From: Methanopyrus kandleri AV19 | Lineage (GTDB): Archaea > JAADCQ01 > Methanopyri > Methanopyrales > Methanopyraceae | DNA: 32,000 nt | Direction: 5' to 3' | Assembly (NCBI RefSeq): GCF_000007185.1 | Contig: NC_003551.1 | Span: 1,530,001-1,562,000, forward strand | Shown: piece by piece, positions 1 to 7,501 of the stretch | How positions within the stretch are numbered: position 1 is the stretch's first letter | Layout of the letters: every line of letters starts with the position of its first letter | Notes under the pieces: generated by a model | The model's input: the letters and a program-made list of their open reading frames with translations, nothing else | Databases searched by the model: none | Told to the model about the DNA's origin: nothing | Program-made: the position numbers and the translations under genes

Positions 1-110
1 TCCATCACCCGGCCGCACCACGCCACCGGGTGGAAACGGTTCGGCGGATCCCCCAGGACCAGGTCCAGAGCCACCGCCAGATACGCGGCGAGAAGGGGAT
101 CCAACGGCAT
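1..110 (-). CDS. cbiB: Adenosylcobinamide-phosphate synthase CbiB/CobD, first 36 codons only (gene runs off the window start)
   Basis: Minus-strand ATG at 110-108 shares one base with the dph2 stop (TGATG). The translation MPLDPLLAAYLAVALDLVLGDPPNRFHPVAWCGRVM has the hydrophobic N-terminus and the GDPP..HPV..G pattern of CbiB. The fragment is too short to appear in the ORF track. Confidence 0.55.
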   Translation of the reverse strand, partial: MPLDPLLAAYLAVALDLVLGDPPNRFHPVAWCGRVM

Positions 111-1141
111 CACCGCCGTAGGGCGTTGAGGACGTCCTCGGGGGTCGGAATCTCATCGAGGCGGTACTCCTTCCACCCGGCACGCACCGCGGCTAGTTCG
201 GCGGGGTTCAGTAACACCCATCGCTTGAACCTGGCGGCCTCGTCGACGGGCACTCTAGGACATCCACAGAACACGCATTGGCGTCTGCGGAGCGACCTCA
301 GCGCATCTTCCGTCAAATACCTCAACCGCCACGTCGGGCGGTCCAAGACCCGTACTACGTCGGGTCTCCTCTGACCCAACGCTGTGCTCTCTACGATCTC
401 GAACCCTTCTTCTCGGTTGAATTCACGGATTTTAGACAGTCTAACGGCCAGGATTCTCCTGATGACATCTTCCACGTCCTCGGAGTCCAAGACTCCCTTC
501 GTAGGGTCGATTTGCACCACGGGCCGATTCGTCCTGATCGCAACACCGGCGGGATGGAAGCTCCCGGAACATACCACTATAGTGGGGAGAGACGTATCGA
601 GAGCGGAGAAATTGCATCCGAGCACCAACCCGGGCGTGGCCACCCGGCGACCGTCTCCCGGGCGGATTACGGGCTCGATACCGGATTCCCGGAGGATCTC
701 TGACACGAGCTCGAGATCGGCCACATACTGCGCCGTCGCGCAGACGTTCACACGGTCGATCCCTAAATTGTGGAGTACTTCGACGGCTTCCTCGGCCATC
801 CACGGTTCCACGCGTTTGCGGCCGTGTGTCGGTAGGAAATGCACGGTAGCCCCGAGCTCCCGTATCTGACGCTCGACTTCGGGTATGGGATAATGGCCGA
901 TGTGAACGATGTGGTCCGTCCGGACCACGGTACCGGGGGTAATGTCGCAGGCTCCGAACACGCGACCGGCGTCGAGTTCCACCTCGCAGCCACGGGCTTC
1001 CAGCACGTCGGCGACCTCGCGGGCGATCCGCTTCAGTCCATCCGGGGCCTGAACCAAGACACGTCCTTCAACGTTGAGGGACTCGACTACCCTCGGCACT
1101 TCGTCCTCGTCATAGGATTCGGCGGAGGTGCATCTCGTCAT
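110..1141 (-). CDS. dph2: 2-(3-amino-3-carboxypropyl)histidine synthase Dph2 (diphthamide biosynthesis)
   Basis: Part of ORF 110..1375. Family motifs present: RVLVQAPDGL, FGACD, LGCNFS, CSGSFHP, CGCPRVPVDE. Start moved to ATG 1141 (M79), which gives 343 aa and the N-terminal spacing seen in archaeal Dph2. The 78 upstream codons are antisense to the cobE-like gene. Confidence 0.85.
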   Translation of the reverse strand: MTRCTSAESYDEDEVPRVVESLNVEGRVLVQAPDGLKRIAREVADVLEARGCEVELDAGRVFGACDITPGTVVRTDHIVHIGHYPIPEVERQIRELGATVHFLPTHGRKRVEPWMAEEAVEVLHNLGIDRVNVCATAQYVADLELVSEILRESGIEPVIRPGDGRRVATPGLVLGCNFSALDTSLPTIVVCSGSFHPAGVAIRTNRPVVQIDPTKGVLDSEDVEDVIRRILAVRLSKIREFNREEGFEIVESTALGQRRPDVVRVLDRPTWRLRYLTEDALRSLRRRQCVFCGCPRVPVDEAARFKRWVLLNPAELAAVRAGWKEYRLDEIPTPEDVLNALRR

Positions 1142-1168
1142 CGGGAGCACCACCGGGGGGTAGGATCG

Positions 1169-1531
1169 TTGTACGCTTTGGGTGTCGGGATGAGGCGGAG
1201 AGTGCGACGGCAGGACCTGGTAACCGCGGTACGATGGGGTCTGGAGGAAGCCGGCGAACTCGGTGAGATCATCACGATAACCCGAAAGCGGGACCAGCCT
1301 TCCGGAAAGGCGCTGGTTGAAATAGGTCGCCGGTTCGGGATCCCCGTACGGTTCGTCGAGAAGCTCGCCGACCACACACCGAGCGACTCTCGAGCGAGGG
1401 ACCTACTAGGAGCCCCGGGCTCCGTGTGTGAGGGTGTCCTTATAACTCACGGGTACGAGATCGTCCGGCCGAAACGGACTTTCGGGAACACCGTGACCGC
1501 AGCTTTGGGGTGGAAAAGATCCCGAAAGTAG
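1169..1531 (+). CDS. cobE: CobE / CbiG C-terminal-domain protein (cobalamin biosynthesis)
   Basis: This is the 3' part of ORF 839..1531. The sequence LGVGMRRRVRRQDLVTAVRWGLEEAG..ITRKRDQPSGKALVEIGRRFGIPVRFV..GSVCEGVLI..TVTAALG follows the CobE domain pattern. Start proposed at TTG 1169, preceded by a G6 run; ATG 1190 is the alternative. Confidence 0.6.
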   Translation: MYALGVGMRRRVRRQDLVTAVRWGLEEAGELGEIITITRKRDQPSGKALVEIGRRFGIPVRFVEKLADHTPSDSRARDLLGAPGSVCEGVLITHGYEIVRPKRTFGNTVTAALGWKRSRK

Positions 1532-2046
1532 TCTGCATAGTCGGAGGGCGTGGAGACGGGTTCACACGAGTGGCCCGGGTACTTTCGGAAGCCATCAAAC
1601 GCTCGGGACGCACCGTGGGCGTTCTGATGCTTCCACAGTCCACAGGTGGGTCCGGACGGAAGTGGGTCGGTGGATATCGATGGGATTGCGACGTGGTAGT
1701 GGCGACCGTGGATAGGGTTTCGGAGTGTGATTACGCCCTGATACTCAGCAGGTTCGGGGCGTGTACGAACGCCCGGAAGGCGGTGTACGATCTGTCTCAT
1801 CAATCCTTCGTAGGGTTCGAACCGCCTGAAGGATGGGTTGGAATAGATTGCTTCAGAGTCGCCCGAGATAAAAGGGTTCCTGCAGTTCATGCTCTAATCC
1901 TATTAGGGGCCATGTGTCGCATCGCGCGCCTCTGCGAGTTAGAAGACGTGAAAAAGGCGCTGCTTTCGGAGGAGGGACGGCTCGGCGCGGTATCCTACCG
2001 GGCCGTACGAGCCGGTTGGGAGGAGGCAGGGCGATGGGGGTGCTGA
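1510..2046 (+). CDS. 2-oxoacid:ferredoxin oxidoreductase gamma-subunit-like protein (divergent, stand-alone)
   Basis: 178-aa ORF with a GTG start overlapping the cobE end. The N-terminal VVCIVGGRGDGFTRVARVLSEAIKRSG resembles the POR-gamma GRGGQG nucleotide-like loop. The C-terminal VGIDCFRVARDKRVPAVHALILLGAM..AVRAGWEEA resembles the gamma-domain tail. The opposite-strand ORF 1447..1890 has no motifs. Confidence 0.5.
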   Translation: MEKIPKVVCIVGGRGDGFTRVARVLSEAIKRSGRTVGVLMLPQSTGGSGRKWVGGYRWDCDVVVATVDRVSECDYALILSRFGACTNARKAVYDLSHQSFVGFEPPEGWVGIDCFRVARDKRVPAVHALILLGAMCRIARLCELEDVKKALLSEEGRLGAVSYRAVRAGWEEAGRWGC

Positions 2047-2270
2047 CGTTGGTTAACGCCCGAATCCATGTGGACCGTACGACCAGCTTCGACGCGGAAA
2101 ACGGTACCAAGAGCTACGTGATTAAGGTGACCGTAGAGTTGGAGACCGACGACTACGACGAGGCGAAGCAGCTCACCAAGCGCCTGGAGGAGTTCATCGA
2201 CGAGTTGAAAAGCGTCGTTAAAAGTGAGCTCTTGGAAAAAGACCTGGGAAAACGAGAACTGATACTGTAG
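2034..2270 (+). CDS. Hypothetical small protein (78 aa)
   Basis: Internal ATG 2034 of ORF 1914..2270 overlaps the preceding stop. The sequence MGVLTLVNARIHVDRTTSFDAENGTKSYVIKVTVELETDDYDEAKQLTKRLEEFIDELK.. is non-repetitive with helix-like character. No family was recognised. Confidence 0.4.
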   Translation: MGVLTLVNARIHVDRTTSFDAENGTKSYVIKVTVELETDDYDEAKQLTKRLEEFIDELKSVVKSELLEKDLGKRELIL

Positions 2271-2389
2271 CCGGGGGGGATGAGGAAGAGGCGGAGGAAC
2301 ATACGGAAGCGCAGGAAGAAGAGGAATACGAGGAGTCGTACCACGAAGAATCGTACGAGTACGGAGGGTACGAGTACGAGGAGCGTGAG

Positions 2390-2653
2390 GTGGAAGGAAT
2401 CGGCGGGGCCGCGAGTACCGAAGAGGGCGTGATACTCACCGAGCGCGGGGAGGAGTTCTTCGGCAGAACCCATGAGAGCGCGGAAGAAGCCGAAGCCATT
2501 CCTCAGGAGGCTACCTGGGTGGAGGAACCCGGAGAGTGGGAGGAGTGGAGACCCAGGAGGTTCCCGAGAGTTCCGCTACCTAGGGCGTACCTCATCGTAG
2601 CCGCCGTGGCTATCGGTCTGTTAGTGGCGGCGCTACTGTATTACGCGAGGTGA
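2390..2653 (+). CDS. Hypothetical acidic protein with C-terminal transmembrane tail
   Basis: GTG 2390 is preceded by GAGGAG at a 6-nt spacing. The body is acidic and is followed by LIVAAVAIGLLVAALLYYAR. The same frame stays open and strongly acidic upstream to 2228 but contains no ATG, GTG or TTG. Confidence 0.45.
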   Translation: MEGIGGAASTEEGVILTERGEEFFGRTHESAEEAEAIPQEATWVEEPGEWEEWRPRRFPRVPLPRAYLIVAAVAIGLLVAALLYYAR

Positions 2654-3588
2654 TCACGGACTTCCTCGGCGATAACGCGGGCGAGCTCCGGCGGCACCGA
2701 CTCCCCTACCTGGTCGTACTGCGTCTCGTACCCGCCCTCGAACACGTGGTCGTCGGGGTAACTCATCAGCCGGGCTTGCTCCCTAACGGTAAGCAGTCGG
2801 TCCTCGAACGGGTGTATGAACCTGGACCCACCCATCACCGTAGGGGCTGGCTTGAATGGGTGCAACCTGAGCCAGTTCTTGAAGCTCCCTCTAGCCCCCC
2901 TTATGACGCTCAGGGCCTCCCCCCACCTAAGGCGACGGATCCTGCGGAGCTTCCTCTTGGACAACGGGCGCAGTTCGTGATTGGGCACCTCCGAATCCGG
3001 ACTGGGGAGATCTCCGATAGCGTCCCACACGGTTTTCGGCCGTTCCACGGTGGGTTCAGGATCTATCCTCACGTTGGAGATGAAGACGCGGCGCCGGTAC
3101 GAAGGGACCCCATAATGTACCGCCTGAAGTACGTTGAAGTGGATCTCATCATACCCGGCACGTGCGAACTCTTTCCTCAGTGCTTTTTCCAAGGGCCCCT
3201 CCATAATCGCGGGGACGTTCTCCATGACGAAAACCTCGGGCTGAAGGTCACCGATAATCCTCACGAAGTGGAGCACCAACCTGCCGACGGGGTCGTCGTA
3301 GAGTCGATCCAGCGGGTTAGGTTTCCGCTCCGCGTTGGCGGCCGTGAACGGCTCGCAGGGTGGCCCGCCGATGATCACGTCCGGCTCGCCTAACTCGTCC
3401 ACGATTTCCTCCGAGTCGACCCGCTGGATGTCGCGTTCGATCACCTCGGCCTCTGGGAAATTCTCCCGGTAGGTCGCGGCCGGCGCGGGGTTGTTTTCAA
3501 CACCCCCGAGGATCTTGAACCCAGCTTCCTTGAAACCCCTGGAGAAACCGCCGGCTCCGCAGAAGAGATCCACAACTTTCGGCTTCAA
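2641..3588 (-). CDS. C5 cytosine methyltransferase (Dcm family), orphan
   Basis: Motif I DLFCGAGGFS, motif IV GGPPCEPFT, motif VI FVMENVPAI, motif VIII QAVHYGVPSYRRRVFI, motifs IX/X RLLTVREQARLMSYPDDHVF..QVGESVPPELA. Confidence 0.85.
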   Translation of the reverse strand: MKPKVVDLFCGAGGFSRGFKEAGFKILGGVENNPAPAATYRENFPEAEVIERDIQRVDSEEIVDELGEPDVIIGGPPCEPFTAANAERKPNPLDRLYDDPVGRLVLHFVRIIGDLQPEVFVMENVPAIMEGPLEKALRKEFARAGYDEIHFNVLQAVHYGVPSYRRRVFISNVRIDPEPTVERPKTVWDAIGDLPSPDSEVPNHELRPLSKRKLRRIRRLRWGEALSVIRGARGSFKNWLRLHPFKPAPTVMGGSRFIHPFEDRLLTVREQARLMSYPDDHVFEGGYETQYDQVGESVPPELARVIAEEVRDHLA

Positions 3589-3634
3589 CGGGGCACCCCC
3601 AGTCGAGTTTCACTCAACACCCGCCGGCGGACGC

Positions 3635-3694
3635 CCCATAAATAAACGGCAGTGGTCGGACTGCTCCGACCGTGCGAATCGCATAGTTATATCA
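3635..3694. promoter_or_regulatory. Divergent promoter region (methyltransferase / modA) with two AT-rich TATA candidates and two palindromes
   Basis: AT-rich boxes CATAAATAAAC (3637-3647) and ATAGTTATATCA (3683-3694) sit in otherwise GC-rich DNA. There is a perfect inverted repeat GGTCGGA-ctgc-TCCGACC (3654-3671) and an 11-nt palindrome TGCGAATCGCA (3673-3683). The G-rich RBS GGGGGAAG lies before GTG 3710. Confidence 0.4.
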
Positions 3695-3709
3695 ATCGGG
3701 GGAAGCGGC

Positions 3710-4465
3710 GTGCGGAAGGTACCGATCGCAATAGGAATACTGGCGGTCGTAGTGATCGCGGCAGCCGCCGGCTACTACTACACGTCCTCGAACCAGCTCA
3801 CGGTGTTCGCTGCTGCGAGCCTGAAGAAGCCCCTAACTAAGCTCGCGAAGCAGTACGAAAAGGAGAAAGGCGTCAAGGTAGCCCTCAACTTCGGTCCGTC
3901 CGGAGGACTGACGGCACAGATACTACAAGGACAGAAGTGTGACCTGTTCTTCTCCGCGGATTGGAAGTACGTGGTCAAGCTCCAGAAGGCCGGTAAAACA
4001 GCGAAGACCAAGAAGTTCCTGAAGGACTACCTCGTTCTGGTGGTATCCAAGACGGGCGAGAAGAAGGGCATCAAGAGCGTCAAGGACATCACGAAGCCAG
4101 GCGTCACGGTCGCCGTGGCCGACCCGAAGGCACCGGTCGGTGAGTACACCCAGCGCGCGCTGGAGAAGCTCGGGATCTGGGACAAGATCGTGAAGAACGG
4201 TAACCTGAAGGCCAGGCCGGGTACCGTCAACCAGGTCGCTACGATGGTGAAGAATGACCAGATCGACGCCGGTTTCGTCTACCGGAGCGTGGCAGTCGGC
4301 TTCGGTCTGCCGATCGTGCAGATGTTCCCGCACTCCCTGACGGGGCCGATCATCTGGGGAGCCGCCGTCATCAAGGGAGGTAACGAACAGCTCGCGGAGG
4401 ACTTCCTGAACTACTGTCTCGAGCACATCGACGAGTTCAAGAAGTACGGGTGGAGTCCGGCATGA
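3710..4465 (+). CDS. modA: Molybdate/tungstate ABC transporter substrate-binding protein (ModA type)
   Basis: Inner GTG 3710 of ORF 3491..4465; the upstream part overlaps the methyltransferase gene. N-terminal anchor MRKVPIAIGILAVVVIAAAAG, then LTVFAAASLKKPL..ALNFGPSGGLTAQILQGQKCDLFFSAD, which is typical ModA. Confidence 0.8.
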   Translation: MRKVPIAIGILAVVVIAAAAGYYYTSSNQLTVFAAASLKKPLTKLAKQYEKEKGVKVALNFGPSGGLTAQILQGQKCDLFFSADWKYVVKLQKAGKTAKTKKFLKDYLVLVVSKTGEKKGIKSVKDITKPGVTVAVADPKAPVGEYTQRALEKLGIWDKIVKNGNLKARPGTVNQVATMVKNDQIDAGFVYRSVAVGFGLPIVQMFPHSLTGPIIWGAAVIKGGNEQLAEDFLNYCLEHIDEFKKYGWSPA

Positions 4466-5247
4466 TCGGGAGGTACGAGATCCTGAGCACCCTGTTCCCT
4501 CCTCTATTCTTCATATTCATAGTGTTCCCGCTGGTAGCGCTGGTCCTGAACCTAACGCCCCAGGGAATCGCGGAGGCCTTCAGTGACCCCTACTTCTGGT
4601 CTGCCACGTTCAACACGATACTCTGCGCCGTCGCAGCCGCCGCCGCGGGTGTGATAATCGCGATAGGGTTCGGTTACTATCATCTGTTCAAGCGAGACTC
4701 GGTGATCTACAGGGTGGCGGACTTCCTCAACGACCTGCCCATCGCCCTGCCGCACACCGTGGCCGGACTCGCGCTACTGCTGGCGTTCGGTCGCAACTAC
4801 TTCGGATGGCTGGGGGAGAACGGGCTCGCGTTCACCCTGATCGCCGTAGTCCTCGCCATGCTCTTCGTGTCGTACCCGCTAGCGGCCAGGGCCGTACAGG
4901 CGGGTGTCGAGGAGCTAGGACGTGAGCTCGTGGACGTCGCCCGTACGCTCGGTGACGAACCGCCCAAAGCCTACGTACGGGTGGTCGTGCCGGCCCTGCA
5001 GGAGGCACTGCTTGGCGGCTTCCTCCTGGGGTTCTCCCGATCCCTGAGCGAGTTCGCCGCGGTGATCATGTTCGGAGGTAACCTTCCCGGTAGGACCCAG
5101 GTACTCGCATCATACGTGTTCACCCGGGCGGAGTCCGGAGATCTAGAGGTCGCCGTCGCCGCCAGCGTGTTCTGCATGGTCCTGTCGCTGACCATGGTCG
5201 CGTTAGTGCGCTCGGTGACCGGGGGACTTCGCCGTGCTGAGGGTTGA
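4462..5247 (+). CDS. modB: Molybdate/tungstate ABC transporter permease
   Basis: ATG 4462 overlaps the modA stop (ATGA). Multiple TM helices. Permease signature LSEFAAVIMFGGNLPGRTQVL and LPIALPHTVAGLALL. The ORF track start GTG 4450 is the alternative. Confidence 0.85.
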   Translation: MIGRYEILSTLFPPLFFIFIVFPLVALVLNLTPQGIAEAFSDPYFWSATFNTILCAVAAAAAGVIIAIGFGYYHLFKRDSVIYRVADFLNDLPIALPHTVAGLALLLAFGRNYFGWLGENGLAFTLIAVVLAMLFVSYPLAARAVQAGVEELGRELVDVARTLGDEPPKAYVRVVVPALQEALLGGFLLGFSRSLSEFAAVIMFGGNLPGRTQVLASYVFTRAESGDLEVAVAASVFCMVLSLTMVALVRSVTGGLRRAEG

Positions 5248-5920
5248 GGGAGTCAAGTTCTCCTACGGAGACCGGGAAGTCCTACGCGGCGTCGACCTGG
5301 AAGTGGAGCCCGGTGAAGTACGGGTGCTCTTCGGTCCCAACGGGAGCGGTAAGTCCACGCTCCTCAAGATCGTCGCCGGTATCCTGAGGCCCGACGAGGG
5401 TCGCGTGATCATCGGAGAGGAGGACGTCACTGACCTCCCACCCGAGGAGCGCCACGTGGGGTACGTCCCACAACAGCCCGCGCTGTTCCCCCACATGACC
5501 GTCGAGGATAACATCACGTACTCCCTCCAGAACGGTCGCGGCGATCCCGACCGACTGGATGAGCTTGTGGAGCTCCTCGGACTAAAAGAACACCTCGATC
5601 GGAAGCCCGACGAGCTCAGCGGCGGGTACCAGAGCCGAGTATCGCTCGCCCGAGCCTTATTCTCCGACCCGAAAGTGATGCTCCTGGACGAGCCCCTCAG
5701 CGACGTCGACCTGGCCGTGAAGGCGGGTCTCGTTCCGAGGTTCCGCGAGGTACTGAAGGAGACGGGCATACCCGCCTTATACGTCACGCACGACCCATGG
5801 GAAGCCGAGCGTATCGGTGACTCCTTCACCGTTTTAATCGGTGGGAAGGCGGTGGACGTGAACTCCGTAGATGAGGCACTGGAGGAGCTGAAACGGGGTG
5901 TGGAAAGTGTCAAAGCGTAA
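5234..5920 (+). CDS. modC: ABC transporter ATP-binding protein (ModC-like, lacks a C-terminal Mop/TOBE domain)
   Basis: Walker A GPNGSGKST, signature LSGGYQSRVSLARAL, Walker B MLLDEPLSDVD, H-loop VTHD. Overlaps the modB end. Only 228 aa. Confidence 0.8.
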   Translation: MLRVEGVKFSYGDREVLRGVDLEVEPGEVRVLFGPNGSGKSTLLKIVAGILRPDEGRVIIGEEDVTDLPPEERHVGYVPQQPALFPHMTVEDNITYSLQNGRGDPDRLDELVELLGLKEHLDRKPDELSGGYQSRVSLARALFSDPKVMLLDEPLSDVDLAVKAGLVPRFREVLKETGIPALYVTHDPWEAERIGDSFTVLIGGKAVDVNSVDEALEELKRGVESVKA

Positions 5921-7154
5921 GTACAGGGGCTTCGTGTATACGGACGACTTGGCCAAGCCCGAAGAGTTCATCCGGTTCCTACGCCGCTTCCTCTCGCCTC
6001 CGGAGCCCGAGACCGTGGAAGTAGGGCCCGAACTCTCGGGACGTGTACTCGCGGAAGACGTCCGTGCGGAGCGCCCCTCTCCACCCTTCACCCGCTCCGC
6101 TATGGACGGATACGCCGTGAGATCCGAGGACGCCGAGCCCGGGGCCAGGTTGAAGGTCGTAGGCGAGTCGAGGATAGGAGAAGGTACCGACGTCAAAGTC
6201 GGTCCGGGAGAGGCCGTGTACGTCGACACCGGGGCTCCCGTTCCGGAGGGTGCGGACGCCGTCATCCCCGTGGAGTTCGTGGAACGCGACGGTGACGAGA
6301 TAATCGTGGAAGAAGGCGTCGACCCGGGGGATAACCTGGACCCGGCCGGCTGCTACGTCGAAGAGGGAGAAGTTCTCTACCGATCCGGACACCTCGTCGA
6401 GCCCGTGGACGTGGGCGTGATGCTCGAACACGGCGTGGAGGAGGTGGATGTCCACAGGCCCCTGCGGGTCTCGATCGTGGTAACTGGGAACGAGCTCGTC
6501 CACCGTCCATCGGAGCTGGAAAGTGAAACACAGGTGGTAGACTGCATCGGTCCCGTGCTCACCGCGGAGCTGGAGAACATGGGCTGCGTCGAGGTAGTGG
6601 GAACGAGCTTAGTCAAGGATGATCCGGGAGAGATCCGTGAGACCGTGGAGGATTACGCCGATCGCTCCGATGTGGTTCTGATCACGGGCGGATCCTCGGT
6701 GGGGGAGAGGGACCACGTCAAGGACATCCTGGACGACACGTTCGACGCCTTCATCCACGGGATCAGGGCCCGACCCGGACGTCCGTTCGGTATCGCCGCG
6801 CGGGAGGGAACAGTCGCCTTCACCCTGCCCGGGTGGCCCACGTCGTGTTATTCTACCTTCCGGGTTTGGGTGGTACCTTCGCTACTCGTGCTGGCCGGAG
6901 CGGACCCGTTGGTGGTCGGATTCGAGACCGAAGCCACCGGGATAAAGTCCAAGCGCGAGGTCGGCGTGATAGCACGCGTTCGTTTGACCTCCGACGGCGC
7001 CGAAGGATTGTCTCGGGACCGTTCCAGTCACTTCGCGCTGTTTCGGGAGACCGACGGCTTCGCCCTAGTTCCTCCTGGAGGCTCGGAGCGTGCTCTGATT
7101 CTCCCGCTGCGCGGGTTCCTCAACTTGTTCGATGAGGTAGAACGCAAGTTCTGA
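5898..7154 (+). CDS. moeA: Molybdopterin molybdenum/tungsten transferase MoeA
   Basis: Motifs FTRSAMDGYAVRSED, GAPVPEGADAVIPVE, VLITGGSSVGERDHVKDIL and PGRPFGIA. Overlaps the modC end. Confidence 0.9.
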   Translation: MWKVSKRKYRGFVYTDDLAKPEEFIRFLRRFLSPPEPETVEVGPELSGRVLAEDVRAERPSPPFTRSAMDGYAVRSEDAEPGARLKVVGESRIGEGTDVKVGPGEAVYVDTGAPVPEGADAVIPVEFVERDGDEIIVEEGVDPGDNLDPAGCYVEEGEVLYRSGHLVEPVDVGVMLEHGVEEVDVHRPLRVSIVVTGNELVHRPSELESETQVVDCIGPVLTAELENMGCVEVVGTSLVKDDPGEIRETVEDYADRSDVVLITGGSSVGERDHVKDILDDTFDAFIHGIRARPGRPFGIAAREGTVAFTLPGWPTSCYSTFRVWVVPSLLVLAGADPLVVGFETEATGIKSKREVGVIARVRLTSDGAEGLSRDRSSHFALFRETDGFALVPPGGSERALILPLRGFLNLFDEVERKF

Positions 7155-7194
7155 AGGTGTCCACCGGCCGTCCACCCGTCCCCGCCGACCCCAC

Positions 7195-7218
7195 TTATTT
7201 AACTCCGAGGTGTCGGAG
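7195..7218 (+). promoter_or_regulatory. Candidate fwd operon promoter: TATA-like box followed by a perfect inverted repeat
   Basis: TTATTTAA (7195-7202) is the only AT-rich box in the 93-nt gap before fwdG. It is directly followed by CTCCGA-ggtg-TCGGAG (7203-7218). Confidence 0.4.
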
Positions 7219-7247
7219 CGGGTGCGAAGACCGGTGGGGGTCGCGGG

Positions 7248-7487
7248 TTGGTAAAGATAGTCATTCACGAGGAACGTTGTCACGGATGCGGTAACTGCGT
7301 GATCGCTTGCCCGGTCAACGCTTGTAATTCCCCTAACGTATGGGGCGGAAAGGGTCCCGAAGACGGTGAAGATGTAGTGATCAAGGTCGTGAACGGGACG
7401 GTCTCGGTGATTAACGAGGACCTGTGCGAAGCGTGCATGACCTGCGAACTCGCCTGCCCCGTGGACGCTATCGAGATCAAAACGTAG
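7248..7487 (+). CDS. fwdG: Formylmethanofuran dehydrogenase subunit G (2x[4Fe-4S] ferredoxin, 79 aa)
   Basis: Two cluster motifs, CHGCGNCVIACP and CEACMTCELACP. The size and the position directly upstream of fwdD-fwdB match FwdG. Confidence 0.75.
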   Translation: MVKIVIHEERCHGCGNCVIACPVNACNSPNVWGGKGPEDGEDVVIKVVNGTVSVINEDLCEACMTCELACPVDAIEIKT

Positions 7488-7501
7488 GGGAGCCACGAAA
7501 G

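Noticed and set aside
2280-2432. 50-aa Arg/Lys-rich ORF (MRKRRRNIRKRRKKRN..) as a possible small basic DNA-binding protein
   Set aside because: It arises from the alternate frame of a GAG/GAA purine tract. The ATG has no spacing from the G-run. Nothing distinguishes it from a frame artefact, so it is reported only as part of the ambiguity finding.
3491-3709. N-terminal extension of the ModA ORF
   Set aside because: It overlaps the methyltransferase start and the intergenic promoter region. GTG 3710, preceded by an RBS, yields a normal signal-anchor N-terminus.
5263-5913. 216-aa minus-strand ORF covering modC. The same class includes 7280..7921, 9606..10355, 9674..10288, 2650..3393, 15145..15919, 17073..17816, 24123..25375 and 28043..28582.
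   Set aside because: All are antisense to genes with strong family signatures. All have Ser/Arg/Pro/Thr-biased, motif-free translations.
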